Shown one piece after another: positions 46,130 through 56,017 of a DNA stretch of 64,000 nt (positions within the stretch are counted from its first letter, which is position 1; the number at the start of each line of letters is the position of its first letter). This stretch comes from a virus (taxonomy: Duplodnaviria; Caudoviricetes): IMG/VR virus record IMGVR_UViG_3300014204_000123, positions 32,001 to 96,000 of that record. One strand, given 5' to 3'. The notes under the pieces were generated by a model. That model was not told the DNA's origin. It ran no database searches and saw nothing but the letters and a program-made list of their open reading frames with translations. Both the position numbers and the translations under genes were made by a program.

Positions 46130-46650
46130 AAAGCCACCTATTCCAGGAACTGACAGGCAATGGGGTGTCCCGTGGGAAGTCGGCGCCTGGGAAGCAGGAA
46201 TCGAGACTTGCCAAAGAAGAGGGCGGGAGGGTCCACCGCCGTTCGGGGGCCGGTTGGGTCAAGTGGGATGGCTCTTCCAAGGGCAAGCTCTGGGATGCCA
46301 AACACACGGATGGTGATTCTATCCGCTTGCCAATATCGATGCTGGCTCATTTGGAGCGAGACTCAGTTTGCCAGGGCAAGATGGCGTTTTTTGAGCTGGA
46401 GTTCTCGAACCATCCCTCGTCGATAGGTCCCCACTGGTATCTTATGCCGATGTTGACCTACTTCTCGTGCGGGGGCGGGAAGGTCAGTCAGGATATTCCA
46501 ACCATTCCGGTGAAGGGGAGTTCTCTGGGGGTCAGTGTCTCCAGACTGGTAAAGGCTAGCGCCTCGCACGGAATGCTTGTGTTCGATGTTCCGTCTTTGG
46601 GCCAGTGGGTTGTCATTCCCAAGAGCAAGAAGGAACAGTTGCAATGGTGA
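46126..46650 (+). CDS. PD-(D/E)XK Holliday-junction-resolvase-like nuclease
   Basis: KQESRLAK..GG...SGAG..KWD...WDAKHT. Confidence 0.6.
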   Translation: MKSHLFQELTGNGVSRGKSAPGKQESRLAKEEGGRVHRRSGAGWVKWDGSSKGKLWDAKHTDGDSIRLPISMLAHLERDSVCQGKMAFFELEFSNHPSSIGPHWYLMPMLTYFSCGGGKVSQDIPTIPVKGSSLGVSVSRLVKASASHGMLVFDVPSLGQWVVIPKSKKEQLQW

Positions 46651-47141
46651 GCATCAACAGGCAAGAGGTCTTGCGCAAGGCGTTGTTCTCGCTTGTGTCC
46701 CATGCGAGGGATACGGTCCCGGCTGGGGCGACGTTGCCGGATGACAAGATGGGCATTCCCATTCTTGATTCTGGGATTCTGCTGACTCTGGATCACCTAA
46801 AGCGTGACGGCTTTGACCGACCACTCAGGCCGCTTCTCGAAGCCGCGCTTGATGCGGCGGTTGTTGACGGGTATACGGCTTTCCCGAGGCCGGAAGGGTT
46901 TGTGCCAGACCCCATGTTTGAATTGGTGGTCAAGCGCCTGACTCAGTTGTTTGGGGCCGCTGAATGGTTCCAGATGTATCAGGACGAGGCTCAATGTTCC
47001 GGGGAACTGGCGATGCCGTTGTGGCTCATTCGGGCGGGATGCAAAACGAAAGAGGACGGCATTGAAGCGTGCAGAAAGATCTTGTCGAATGCTGGGTTGC
47101 TGAAGAAACGGGCGAAGTTGAAGATTGAAGGCAAGAAATAA
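46644..47141 (+). CDS. hypothetical protein
   Basis: Packed ORF. Confidence 0.5.
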   Translation: MVSINRQEVLRKALFSLVSHARDTVPAGATLPDDKMGIPILDSGILLTLDHLKRDGFDRPLRPLLEAALDAAVVDGYTAFPRPEGFVPDPMFELVVKRLTQLFGAAEWFQMYQDEAQCSGELAMPLWLIRAGCKTKEDGIEACRKILSNAGLLKKRAKLKIEGKK

Positions 47142-48076
47142 TGGTAGAAGATCTTGGCGGTGTTGTATCTCAGATGCTGGCAGACCGAGGCGTTGGTGCT
47201 CCGAAGAACGCCATTGACTTCTACCAGATCATAAAGTCTGGCAAGCGTCGGACCAGGACGCTTATGCCATGCAGGCCAGACACGATGTTCTCTACTCATG
47301 ATTTTGGCCGTCTTTGCGCCTGGGAGGAGATCCTGTGCGCTCGATACAAGCTGGTTCGGATGAGGGAGGAGTCTCCGCAAGACAGGTACATGTTCAGTAT
47401 CGGCAAGGCGTACCATTGGATGTTCCAGAACCTTCTGTTTCCCCATGGCGGGGACACGATTATGACGAGGGACTGCCAAGCGAACAGGGTCGAGGCGGTT
47501 GGGGATGCCGATGATCTGTTTCTGGGGTGGTGGAAGTGTGAGAGTTGCGCTGAGACTCATGCAGGGAAGGGGACCGGCTACCATAGCTGGATTCCGAGGC
47601 CCAAGCAGTGTCGCAAGTGTGGAGGCCATGAGTTCGAGTTCCGTGAGGCCGCTGCGGCGAGGGATGGATTCATATCCCACCAAGATGGCGGCATTAGGTA
47701 CAACGGCAAGGTCTACCACGTAGAGTTCAAGACCATCAACGGGTTCTTTTTCAAGCAGTTGGGGATCGTTCCCAGGGACCCGGACCACATTGTCCAGGTC
47801 AGGTTGAACCAGCACACATGCGGGATAGATCGGTCGTTGCTGGTATATATCAACAAAGAGGAGCCGACCGGCTCAAAGTCCATGAAAACCTATGAGGTTA
47901 GATATGCAGCGAAAGACGTTGCCCCTTCCCTTAGAAAAGCCGAGTCGATCATCAACGGGATCAAAAACGAAGACTCCCCGCTCCCGGCAGGATGTGCTTC
48001 CTGCGCAGATCCCGGTGACAAGCGCGCTCAGGCGTGTATCGCCCGGAAGTGGTGTCCGGTATGTGTTGGGCCTTGA
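47141..48076 (+). CDS. Cas4/RecB-like PD-(D/E)XK exonuclease
   Basis: N-terminal C, G..YH, HQDG, VEFKT, QVRL.Q, C-terminal C...C...C (possible Fe-S); extra CxxC/CxxC. Confidence 0.75.
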   Translation: MVEDLGGVVSQMLADRGVGAPKNAIDFYQIIKSGKRRTRTLMPCRPDTMFSTHDFGRLCAWEEILCARYKLVRMREESPQDRYMFSIGKAYHWMFQNLLFPHGGDTIMTRDCQANRVEAVGDADDLFLGWWKCESCAETHAGKGTGYHSWIPRPKQCRKCGGHEFEFREAAAARDGFISHQDGGIRYNGKVYHVEFKTINGFFFKQLGIVPRDPDHIVQVRLNQHTCGIDRSLLVYINKEEPTGSKSMKTYEVRYAAKDVAPSLRKAESIINGIKNEDSPLPAGCASCADPGDKRAQACIARKWCPVCVGP

Positions 48077-48626
48077 CCTATCGAATCGGGCCGCGGGCAT
48101 TACGGTGGTTGACCAGACGGGCCGAAAATGCTATGAAGATGTCAGTGGGTTCGCTCTTGCGAAAGCTGATTCTGAGGAGTCTCGGGTGTTGCGGATTTGC
48201 ACTGTTCGTGATGCGTGCCTTCGGCCATTCAACCTATACAAGATAGATTCGGTTTGGTGTGAGGATTATGCCTTTAGTCGGGCAGGTTCGAGCAGTGTGA
48301 CAGGCCTTGCCGAACTGAGGGGCGCCATAAAGGCGATGCTTTGGGAGAAGCACAAGGTCACCATGAAGTTCGCCGGCGTTCGGACTGTCAGGTCCAGGTT
48401 GCTGGGCAAAGGTTGGGGCGGGAGCAAAACGAAGCGCCAGATTCTGGATTTTCTCAGTTTGCATGGTCGCGAGTTTCAAGACGACAACAGTATGGACGCT
48501 TGGTTGACCGGGACCTATGGAATGTTGGTCGACGTGGGGGTTATCGATGAGACGGGGAATCAACGTAGTGGTTCAGGCAGGAAACGTGGGCGAGGCGTCA
48601 AAAGGGAGGCTCAGCAAGAAGGGTGA
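48063..48626 (+). CDS. RuvC-like Holliday junction resolvase
   Basis: LGLDLS..AAG, CEDY, LAELRG, K, DDNSMDA; start uncertain (GTG 48063). Confidence 0.75.
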   Translation: MLGLDLSNRAAGITVVDQTGRKCYEDVSGFALAKADSEESRVLRICTVRDACLRPFNLYKIDSVWCEDYAFSRAGSSSVTGLAELRGAIKAMLWEKHKVTMKFAGVRTVRSRLLGKGWGGSKTKRQILDFLSLHGREFQDDNSMDAWLTGTYGMLVDVGVIDETGNQRSGSGRKRGRGVKREAQQEG

Positions 48627-48825
48627 GCCTGTTGTCGAGTTTACCCTGGCTGTCGAGGACCGGGGTGGATTCACTACATGGGTCAAGGTTAACGCCTACG
48701 GTGGTTTGGTACCTATTTGCGAGGGTAGGATGGTGTCGGGCGATTATGTGGTGGTCCGTGGAGAGTTGATCAATAAGAGCGGCGGGGTCTTAGAGGTCCG
48801 AGCCGAAGAGGTGATTTGGGCTTAA
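48547..48825 (+). CDS. short SSB/PriB-like OB-fold protein without an acidic tail
   Basis: INVVVQAGNV, FTLAV, TTWVKVNAYG, GD.VVVRGEL, EVRAEEV. Confidence 0.75.
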   Translation: MRRGINVVVQAGNVGEASKGRLSKKGEPVVEFTLAVEDRGGFTTWVKVNAYGGLVPICEGRMVSGDYVVVRGELINKSGGVLEVRAEEVIWA

Positions 48826-48854
48826 CGTGCAATCGATTGCACAGAGGAGGTGCT

Positions 48855-49904
48855 ATGAGTAGGAAGGTATTGGAGCAGGGTTTGACGAAGTTCGACGAGG
48901 CGTTGTTCCAGTCGTTGCTTAAGCTCTTTGACGAGGACGGGGTCGGGGCTGTCGACGGGAGCAAGGTCACGTCTGTATCAGATCCTGTCACCGGAGAAGA
49001 GATTTCCGACCCAGAGGCCATAGGTGAGATGTTTGGCCGTCTGGTGGCTTCGGGTCGACTGGTGGAAGAGACGGGCGACGATGGAACCAAGCTGTATCGG
49101 CGGGCTGGTGGTGAAGTCGCTGGGGCTTCGGATGCCATGACCGGGTCCGAAATGGAAATAGCGAATCGGGCCTTGTCGAAGGTCATGGATCTCAAATCTG
49201 CGATTGAAGTGAAGTTCTTCTACCTTGGCGGGGCCTTGAAAGAGGTCTTTGTTCACGAGCACTGGAAGGCCAAGGGATACAAGGGCTTTGACGAGTATGT
49301 CGAGAAGGAAGTGGACTTGAAGCGTCGAATGGCGCGGTATCTCATTCGCGTTTACGAGGTGTTCACCGAGATCGACAAGAATCTTCCCGATGGTCGAGTT
49401 CTCACGAAGCTCCAGATGATGGGGACCACCAAGGCAATCGAGCTTGTGGGCGTTGTCAATGGTTCCAACTTCGACGAGTGGGCGACCAGGGCGCAGGGCT
49501 TGACCGTTCGTGAATTGAAGCGGATGGTTGCTTCGTCCGAGGGTGGTGGTACGGCCCTTCCCAAGTCAGTTGACGGCAAGTTGTCGGATAGCGGGGAACC
49601 TATGGAGAAAATGACAAGGCTCACATTCGTCTTGGCTCCAGAACAGCTCAAGAACATCAACATGGCTCTGGAGGTATTGCGGGAAGAGACCAAGTCGGAC
49701 AAGACGGGACACCTGCTGGACACGATGGCCTCGATCCTGCTGTCGCACTATGGCGACAAGGCTCCCACCGATGTTATGCTGGCGAACGTGGAGCGTTCAA
49801 CCGGGCTTCGTCTGATTGCGTTCTCCGCTGAGGGTGACTGCATTCATGGTGAAGAGCTGCTGGCAAACGTAACGTCTGCGGTTGACGAGGACTCGGCAGA
49901 TTGA
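48855..49904 (+). CDS. hypothetical DNA-binding protein (DUF3102-like HTH segment)
   Basis: LGGALKEV...GYKGFDEYVEKEVDL..R.ARYLIRVY; palindrome immediately before its RBS. Confidence 0.5.
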   Translation: MSRKVLEQGLTKFDEALFQSLLKLFDEDGVGAVDGSKVTSVSDPVTGEEISDPEAIGEMFGRLVASGRLVEETGDDGTKLYRRAGGEVAGASDAMTGSEMEIANRALSKVMDLKSAIEVKFFYLGGALKEVFVHEHWKAKGYKGFDEYVEKEVDLKRRMARYLIRVYEVFTEIDKNLPDGRVLTKLQMMGTTKAIELVGVVNGSNFDEWATRAQGLTVRELKRMVASSEGGGTALPKSVDGKLSDSGEPMEKMTRLTFVLAPEQLKNINMALEVLREETKSDKTGHLLDTMASILLSHYGDKAPTDVMLANVERSTGLRLIAFSAEGDCIHGEELLANVTSAVDEDSAD

Positions 49905-49951
49905 CCTATTCAGTACGGTTTGTGGTATGGTGAGGTCAGTGGGGGTGGCTT

Positions 49952-50611
49952 ATGGCGAGGCAAGACCATAACGTTGTGGACATTGGTGACGCCGTTCTCC
50001 TTAAGCTGCCCTGCATTGACGTTGTGGTAGTCATGCTCCGAACGGGGAGCACTCCAGAGAAAGTCGCAGAATACATACAAGCAGATTGCAGGCTGCTAGA
50101 GTCAATGCCCAGATATGAGTTGGTATCTAGGCTTATCACCATGCAAGACAAGCTGGCGGATGCTGTAGGCCCTCCCCTGTCCGATATAGACCCGAACGAT
50201 GACAGTCGGGTGGATGAGCTGTCTTTGCTCGCTGACCTATATGAGATGCAGTACAAGCGTCTCTTGTGGATCGAGGCGATAGAACGAAAAGCAGACTATC
50301 CGATCAAAACCTTTCCGTTAGAGATCGGCGCTGCCAGAGCGATCTTGAAAGTTTCCGGGGAGCTTCGAGACCGGCGGCGTGCATCCGGGGCACTTACCAC
50401 AGTCCCGGACGACGGCAAAGAGAAACAGCTTAGGTTGCTGGAGTCGAAATACGGGAAGAGCGTTATGTCTGTTCTGGCCAGCCCCGCCCGCAGGCGTAAA
50501 CTCTTAGGTACGGTCGAGATGCTTCGAGCGGATGACCGGATCACGAAGACGGATGAGCTTGTCGAAGAGACATTGAGAGACCAGGAGGACGACGATGGCA
50601 ATGACGGGTAA
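49952..50611 (+). CDS. putative terminase small subunit
   Basis: Helical protein overlapping the TerL start; call rests on position only. Confidence 0.45.
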   Translation: MARQDHNVVDIGDAVLLKLPCIDVVVVMLRTGSTPEKVAEYIQADCRLLESMPRYELVSRLITMQDKLADAVGPPLSDIDPNDDSRVDELSLLADLYEMQYKRLLWIEAIERKADYPIKTFPLEIGAARAILKVSGELRDRRRASGALTTVPDDGKEKQLRLLESKYGKSVMSVLASPARRRKLLGTVEMLRADDRITKTDELVEETLRDQEDDDGNDG

Positions 50612-52589
50612 GAGCTATGCTCGTCGAAGCTACCGTACTCCAGAAGAGATCCAGGTCCTTTTGCATGGGGAAGTGTCCCGCCTGAATCCAGAAGAGATGG
50701 ACGTGTTGACGTCTGCCATAGGTGACGAGGCGCTTATGGCGGCGCTGTTGGAAATGGAGTACGACGAGATCCCCGTTTCTCCGAAGCAGTTTCTGGAAGA
50801 CGACCGATACTATGGGATGTTCGGGGCGAGTATGCACGCTCCGCTTCAACGGGACTTCGCTGACCTATTCACGGACGGATATGACGAGGTAGTTCTGTCC
50901 GGTTCGTTGGGGTGGGGCAAGAGCTATTTCTCCACCGCCTGCATCATTTACGATGCGTACAAGACGTTGTGCCTCAGAGACCCGCAGCAGAGTTACGGGT
51001 TGGCCCCAAGGAGCCGTATTCTGTCGGCAGTGATTTCGTTGTCGATCGAGCACGCCCGCTTAGGTGTTTTGGAGGATATCTCCACTCGTGTTCTGATGAT
51101 GCCCATTTTCCGAGAGAAGTTCCCGTGTACGGTTCGGAAGTCCGGCCTGTTCTTCTTGAACAAGAACTTGGTGATTTTGCCGGAGAACTATGCGGCGCAG
51201 CGTATCATCGGATTGAACGTGTATTCTGCGTTCATTGACGAGGCCAACTTCGCCAAGGGCGGGAAGAGTGCTGCATCTAGTGGGGGTCAGTCGGTGGGTA
51301 AAGCGAAGGCCATTTATGAGTCGGTCATGAACCGCCGGAAGTCTCGTTACATGGTTGGCGGTAGAGTCCCTGGGATGTGCATTATCGTGTCTTCCGCTAC
51401 GGTACAGTCTGCATTTACGGTGGAGAAGGTCCGTGAAGCGGAGAAGAACCCCAACATCTTTGTCAGGAACTACGCTACCTGGGATGTCAAGCCCGACCAG
51501 TTCAACAAGGGCGTGTTCTATGTATTGGTGGCTTCCGGTGGGAAGCACTGCCGGATTCTCACGGATGAAGAGGCGAAGTTCTACCAAGAGAAGTCGGACC
51601 TTGACCCTGCGATATCAGTTGTTCCGGTTCCAACCGACTATCGGGATGCGTTCGACACGAACCTGATTGGGAGCCTCAGAGAAATTGCAGGCATACCAGC
51701 GGAGGCGGTTACTCACCTATTCCCGGACAGCATTGTCGTTGATAGGGCCGAAGATCCAGGGTGGGGGCCAGAGTTGCAGCATGGGTTCACGACGAAGGAA
51801 TGGGAGTGCGAGGGCGAGGGGGGGTTTGTTTGGGAGCGCTTGTGTGAGCGAAGGGACGACTTGGTTGGGGCCGGGTATTCAGAGAGCCAGTGGAGGCCCA
51901 AGATAGACCCGGAAGCGCTTCGGTTTGCTCATATAGATACGTCGGTCAATGGTGACGCCACGGGCATTTGCGTGGGCCACGTTCATGGGTATACCGAGGT
52001 GGTCAGGCGTGACAGCGATCTCAAGGAGTACACGGAGATTGCCCCGAGGATCATCATCGACTTTGAGCTTCGGATTCTACCTCCTCCTGGAGGGGATATC
52101 AGGCTTGGTGCGGTTAGGGCGTTGCTCTATGAGATGCAGGACCACGGGTTTGTGTTCGCATTGGTAACGACAGACGGCTACCAGAGCGTGGACACTCGGC
52201 AGAAATTGGAACAGCACGGTATCAAAGCCGAACTTGCATCAATGGACAGGGATGATGTACCCTACATGAAGTTGCAGTCGGCCTATATGGAGCGCCGGGT
52301 GAAGCGTGTTCCATTCCCGCATTTGACGTGGGAGTTGACCAACCTGATTCACGATCGAGCAGCAAGGAAGGTTGATCATCCGTCTCAAATGGTGGATAAC
52401 CGGCTTCCGAGCAAGGACGTTTCCGATGCTGAGTGCGGGGTTGTTGCTGCGATAGAGCTAAGGCGTCCAGGGATGAGGTCGATGCAGTTGGCCAATTCTT
52501 TGGAAGTTGGCACCGATGATGATGATGACAGGTGGGTAACTGGGGGCCGGAGACTGGCGGGGTCAAGCGACCCGTTTAGGAGGATGTAG
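50595..52589 (+). CDS. terminase large subunit
   Basis: GSLGWGKS Walker A, AFIDE Walker B, VSSA, nuclease HIDTS..GD and DHP...SKDVSDA. Confidence 0.9.
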   Translation: MAMTGKSYARRSYRTPEEIQVLLHGEVSRLNPEEMDVLTSAIGDEALMAALLEMEYDEIPVSPKQFLEDDRYYGMFGASMHAPLQRDFADLFTDGYDEVVLSGSLGWGKSYFSTACIIYDAYKTLCLRDPQQSYGLAPRSRILSAVISLSIEHARLGVLEDISTRVLMMPIFREKFPCTVRKSGLFFLNKNLVILPENYAAQRIIGLNVYSAFIDEANFAKGGKSAASSGGQSVGKAKAIYESVMNRRKSRYMVGGRVPGMCIIVSSATVQSAFTVEKVREAEKNPNIFVRNYATWDVKPDQFNKGVFYVLVASGGKHCRILTDEEAKFYQEKSDLDPAISVVPVPTDYRDAFDTNLIGSLREIAGIPAEAVTHLFPDSIVVDRAEDPGWGPELQHGFTTKEWECEGEGGFVWERLCERRDDLVGAGYSESQWRPKIDPEALRFAHIDTSVNGDATGICVGHVHGYTEVVRRDSDLKEYTEIAPRIIIDFELRILPPPGGDIRLGAVRALLYEMQDHGFVFALVTTDGYQSVDTRQKLEQHGIKAELASMDRDDVPYMKLQSAYMERRVKRVPFPHLTWELTNLIHDRAARKVDHPSQMVDNRLPSKDVSDAECGVVAAIELRRPGMRSMQLANSLEVGTDDDDDRWVTGGRRLAGSSDPFRRM

Positions 52590-54290
52590 ATGGGTTTCGG
52601 AACCAAGGTCAGGGAGCGGGTAGCTAAGTACCTATCGAAGAACGAAACCTCCATCAAGTCGAAGGAAGAGGAGAGGGATGAACTCCGGTCTCTGTCGTCC
52701 TCTGGCATAGGTGATGTGGCGACCGACTATGATGTCTGGGGCTGGTACGAGAGTAAGACGTCGATAGAGAAGAATCTAACATCAAGATATATAGACTACG
52801 AGGATATGGATGATTATCCTGATCACTCAGCCGCCCTCGACACATGGGCCGATGAGAGTACACAGCCAGATCAAATGAAAAAGGTTCCTATATGGGTTGA
52901 GAGTACAAACCATTCAGTAATGGAGCGAGGGAACGAGCTATTAGATCACTTGAAGGTCGACGGGGATATGTGGGGCCTATCTCGGGGCATTGCGAAGTAC
53001 GGCAACCAGTTTGGGGAGCTGCTGATAGGTGATAACGGAGTGGAGGGAATCCGGTATTTGGATGCTCCTACCGTGAGGGTTGTTGCCAGGGCCGGGAAGG
53101 TTATAGGGTACGTCCAGGACCCAACTGGGAAATTCCAAATAAACGCTTCACAGTTTGAAAAATGTTTAGAGAGCAACACCTATCTCGTGGGAGATATGGC
53201 TTTATTCCATCCCTATGAGATGGTCCATTGGAAGTTGATGCTCAGGCGGCTGCGAGGCCTTTACGGTCATGGGATAGGTGAGCCTGTTCGGTGGTTGCAC
53301 AAGCGGATGATCATGCTGGAGGACTCTGCGGTTTTGTTCAAGATCACGCGTGCGCCTGTTCGTCTAGCGTATTATGTGTCATGCGGGGACATCCCGGCAG
53401 AGAAGCGCATGGCGTATGTCAAGCAGGTCAAGTCCATGTACGCCCGGAAGCCGTACAAGTCGTCCGATGGCAAGATGCAGTTCCCCTACAACCCGCTGAA
53501 CCCCATGGAAGAGTTCTGGTTTCCAGCCGGAAGCGGGGGTGGAGATACCAGGATAGAAACCGTTGGAGGTTCGGACTTCCAGTCCATGGAACTTTTGGAT
53601 TACTTCCAGAACAAATACCATATGGCGTTGAAGGTCCCGAGACTCCACATAGGCGGGAACGGTGAGGTGTCTGGGTCGTTTTTGGCGCAGACGAGTGTGA
53701 TATTCGCTCGGTCGATACTGAGGCAGCAGGGGGCGATATGCGACGGCTGGGATTATGTCGTTGGTGTTGACCTCATGGCCAGGAACATAGACCCGGAATC
53801 CGTGAGCTATGCTACGCGCATGACCATTCCTTCGTCGATTTTCGAGTTGGCGAGGATGGAGGTGTGGAACGCCAGAGCGGATCTCATGAGTCGAATTGGC
53901 GAATACATGCCCACGACGTGGATGCTCTTGAACATCATAGGTCTCAGCGAAGAGGAATCGGCTCAGATCATCGCCTTGAAGCAATATGAGCGGCGTGTTC
54001 TGTCGCTTTGGGATGCCAGGAATCTTGCGGACGGTGAGAAGATCCAGGCTGGCGCCGGTGGGGACGCCTCTAGTGAAGAGGAAGAGGTTTCCTCTGCGTT
54101 GAAGGCCAAGTGGGGTCAGCTTTTGGCCAACGAGGAAAAGCACAGCAAGTTCGGCCTAGCGGAAGAGCGTAGGGTTTTGAGCAAGGTCAACGACCTATTG
54201 TCTCAGGATCGTAAGCTTGCGAGCAGGATGGACGATATCGCAACCATGGTGCGCGACATGAAGCGAATCACATTGATGACGAGGAAGTAG
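52590..54290 (+). CDS. portal protein (T4 gp20-like)
   Basis: YEDMD, KYGNQF, LEDSAVLFKITRAPVR, EEFWFP, YFQNKY.MALKVP. Confidence 0.9.
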   Translation: MGFGTKVRERVAKYLSKNETSIKSKEEERDELRSLSSSGIGDVATDYDVWGWYESKTSIEKNLTSRYIDYEDMDDYPDHSAALDTWADESTQPDQMKKVPIWVESTNHSVMERGNELLDHLKVDGDMWGLSRGIAKYGNQFGELLIGDNGVEGIRYLDAPTVRVVARAGKVIGYVQDPTGKFQINASQFEKCLESNTYLVGDMALFHPYEMVHWKLMLRRLRGLYGHGIGEPVRWLHKRMIMLEDSAVLFKITRAPVRLAYYVSCGDIPAEKRMAYVKQVKSMYARKPYKSSDGKMQFPYNPLNPMEEFWFPAGSGGGDTRIETVGGSDFQSMELLDYFQNKYHMALKVPRLHIGGNGEVSGSFLAQTSVIFARSILRQQGAICDGWDYVVGVDLMARNIDPESVSYATRMTIPSSIFELARMEVWNARADLMSRIGEYMPTTWMLLNIIGLSEEESAQIIALKQYERRVLSLWDARNLADGEKIQAGAGGDASSEEEEVSSALKAKWGQLLANEEKHSKFGLAEERRVLSKVNDLLSQDRKLASRMDDIATMVRDMKRITLMTRK

Positions 54291-54360
54291 TTGTCTGGAA
54301 GGTGGCTTCCCGTTTCTGGGAAGTGCAATTGTGCTTGCCCATGGCGGACCTGAGAATAGC

Positions 54361-54391
54361 TTGACACTCAAATTGGCGCGGGTACTATAAA
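54361..54391 (+). promoter_or_regulatory. putative promoter for head genes
   Basis: TTGACA-16 bp-TACTAT. Confidence 0.55.
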
Positions 54392-54397
54392 GTCAGC

Positions 54398-55276
54398 ATG
54401 GGGGGTTTCATGAGACGGCTTCCTGGACCTATCGAGAAGTTGTGCGGCGGTAGTCTTGAATCGATCAAAAATCGATTCTCTACGGCATATCCTACAGAAG
54501 AAGTTATCGCCACGTTTAGCACCTACGTAGTGTCCAAGAAGGGTTTGGACTACGTCAGGCGAGACCTATCCGAGGCTATGGATTTTATAGGTGAGCAAAC
54601 CATCTGGAGTGCGTCCAATGGGGATGCCTTGCTGGAGGCCCGTAGGGTAGCGGAGAAGGTTGCGTCCGATGCGATGACAGGGGCAGTGGACCCAGAGGAC
54701 ATGGACCTATTGGTAGGCCATATCCTGTCAGGCAACTCGTTCACAGTTGCAAGCGTGAAAGAGTCCATTATGACAGTTCTGGTTGGCACGAGTGTATGGA
54801 GATCCTTCTACCGAGAGTTCGAGCCAAGGATTCGGAAGCTGTTGCGCGGGGAACTTGGCAAGTTGACCGGCAATCAATTGCAGCCCAAGTTCCGAGATAT
54901 TCGGCTTGGAGAATTGGACAAGGGGGCGTCTGCCGATGCCATGAACTCTATCCGGCTGTCGTTGCGTGAGGTGGCGTCTCGGTTGGATGCTCTTCACCAA
55001 CGGGCGTTGGCGATTCAGATCCCAAATGCTCCGGTTGGCAGGATGGACCTGGAGCATGACTACGTGCAATTCCGGGCATTGAAGGCTTCTCTGGAAGCGG
55101 AGATAGTCAGGATTTACGAGTATATTGTAGGTATAGACGTTACGACCGGGAACCTTGAAGACGCTGCTGTGACCTATGACCTCCTGACGGAGGAGCTGTA
55201 TAGGTACGAGGTTATGCTGGCGTTCTTTGTTAGGGCTATCAATGTGGCGTCGATGGACGACGTTGCAGGTATTTAG
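54398..55276 (+). CDS. hypothetical head-module protein
   Basis: Between portal and protease. Confidence 0.6.
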   Translation: MGGFMRRLPGPIEKLCGGSLESIKNRFSTAYPTEEVIATFSTYVVSKKGLDYVRRDLSEAMDFIGEQTIWSASNGDALLEARRVAEKVASDAMTGAVDPEDMDLLVGHILSGNSFTVASVKESIMTVLVGTSVWRSFYREFEPRIRKLLRGELGKLTGNQLQPKFRDIRLGELDKGASADAMNSIRLSLREVASRLDALHQRALAIQIPNAPVGRMDLEHDYVQFRALKASLEAEIVRIYEYIVGIDVTTGNLEDAAVTYDLLTEELYRYEVMLAFFVRAINVASMDDVAGI

Positions 55277-56016
55277 TGGAGGATCACATGAACAGAACCC
55301 CGAAAACCCTGCTCGAAGAGCTGGCGGGAGTGGGCGTTAGCCTTCCTGAGATGAATCAGATGGCTGGCGCGCCTGCTGCTAATGGCAGCGAGAAAAGCGC
55401 CCAGGATGGCGAGATTGCGACCGAAGGGCTGAAGAAAACCCGCAAGCAGATTGGCGGGGCTGCCCGGATAAGGAAGATCAAGCGTCGCAAGTATTATCGA
55501 GCGCACAAGTCAGAGATCAAGCGAGGCAATCGCCAGTATAGGCGCAGCGCTTCTGGTAAGAGAAACTCTCGCCTGCGTAAGCGTCTCGCCCCGAAGATCA
55601 ATAAGATGCGTAGTTCCGCTCCTGACGGGGTCCGTATCTCGCTTAGCGACACCGGGATCTCGTCCAATCTGGCAGAGCGCATCCGAATGGAGTCTGTTTC
55701 TGCTGGCGTTGGCAAGGCGTCTGGACCTATTGCTGAGGCTTACGAGTCCTTTGTCCGAGGGGCAGACCTTGCTCTGGAGATGATGGTTCGTTACGGGGCA
55801 TCTGGGAGCCTGGATGTTGCCAATGAGATGGGCAATCTTGCCGAAGCTCTGATGGATCTTGCAGATCGAGCGGAAGCGAGTTCGGCTGTCGAAGGCCTGG
55901 AGTCTCTGGAAGTGGAAGCGAAGGGAGCTTTCAAGGGGCTGAATGCCTGCTTGGAGGACTATTTTCGCAACCGATATGGGATGGGCCTGGGCGACGATTC
56001 TAGCGACGAAGACTGA
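55276..56016 (+). CDS. prohead core protein (T4 gp67/gp68-like)
   Basis: IATE/G site, then a very Arg/Lys-rich segment and an acidic C-terminus; synteny. Confidence 0.6.
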   Translation: MEDHMNRTPKTLLEELAGVGVSLPEMNQMAGAPAANGSEKSAQDGEIATEGLKKTRKQIGGAARIRKIKRRKYYRAHKSEIKRGNRQYRRSASGKRNSRLRKRLAPKINKMRSSAPDGVRISLSDTGISSNLAERIRMESVSAGVGKASGPIAEAYESFVRGADLALEMMVRYGASGSLDVANEMGNLAEALMDLADRAEASSAVEGLESLEVEAKGAFKGLNACLEDYFRNRYGMGLGDDSSDED

Positions 56017-56017
56017 T

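Noticed and set aside
49901-49931. Promoter before the terminase genes (TTGACC...TATGGT)
   Set aside because: 19-bp spacer and weak -10; possible extended -10 but not well enough supported
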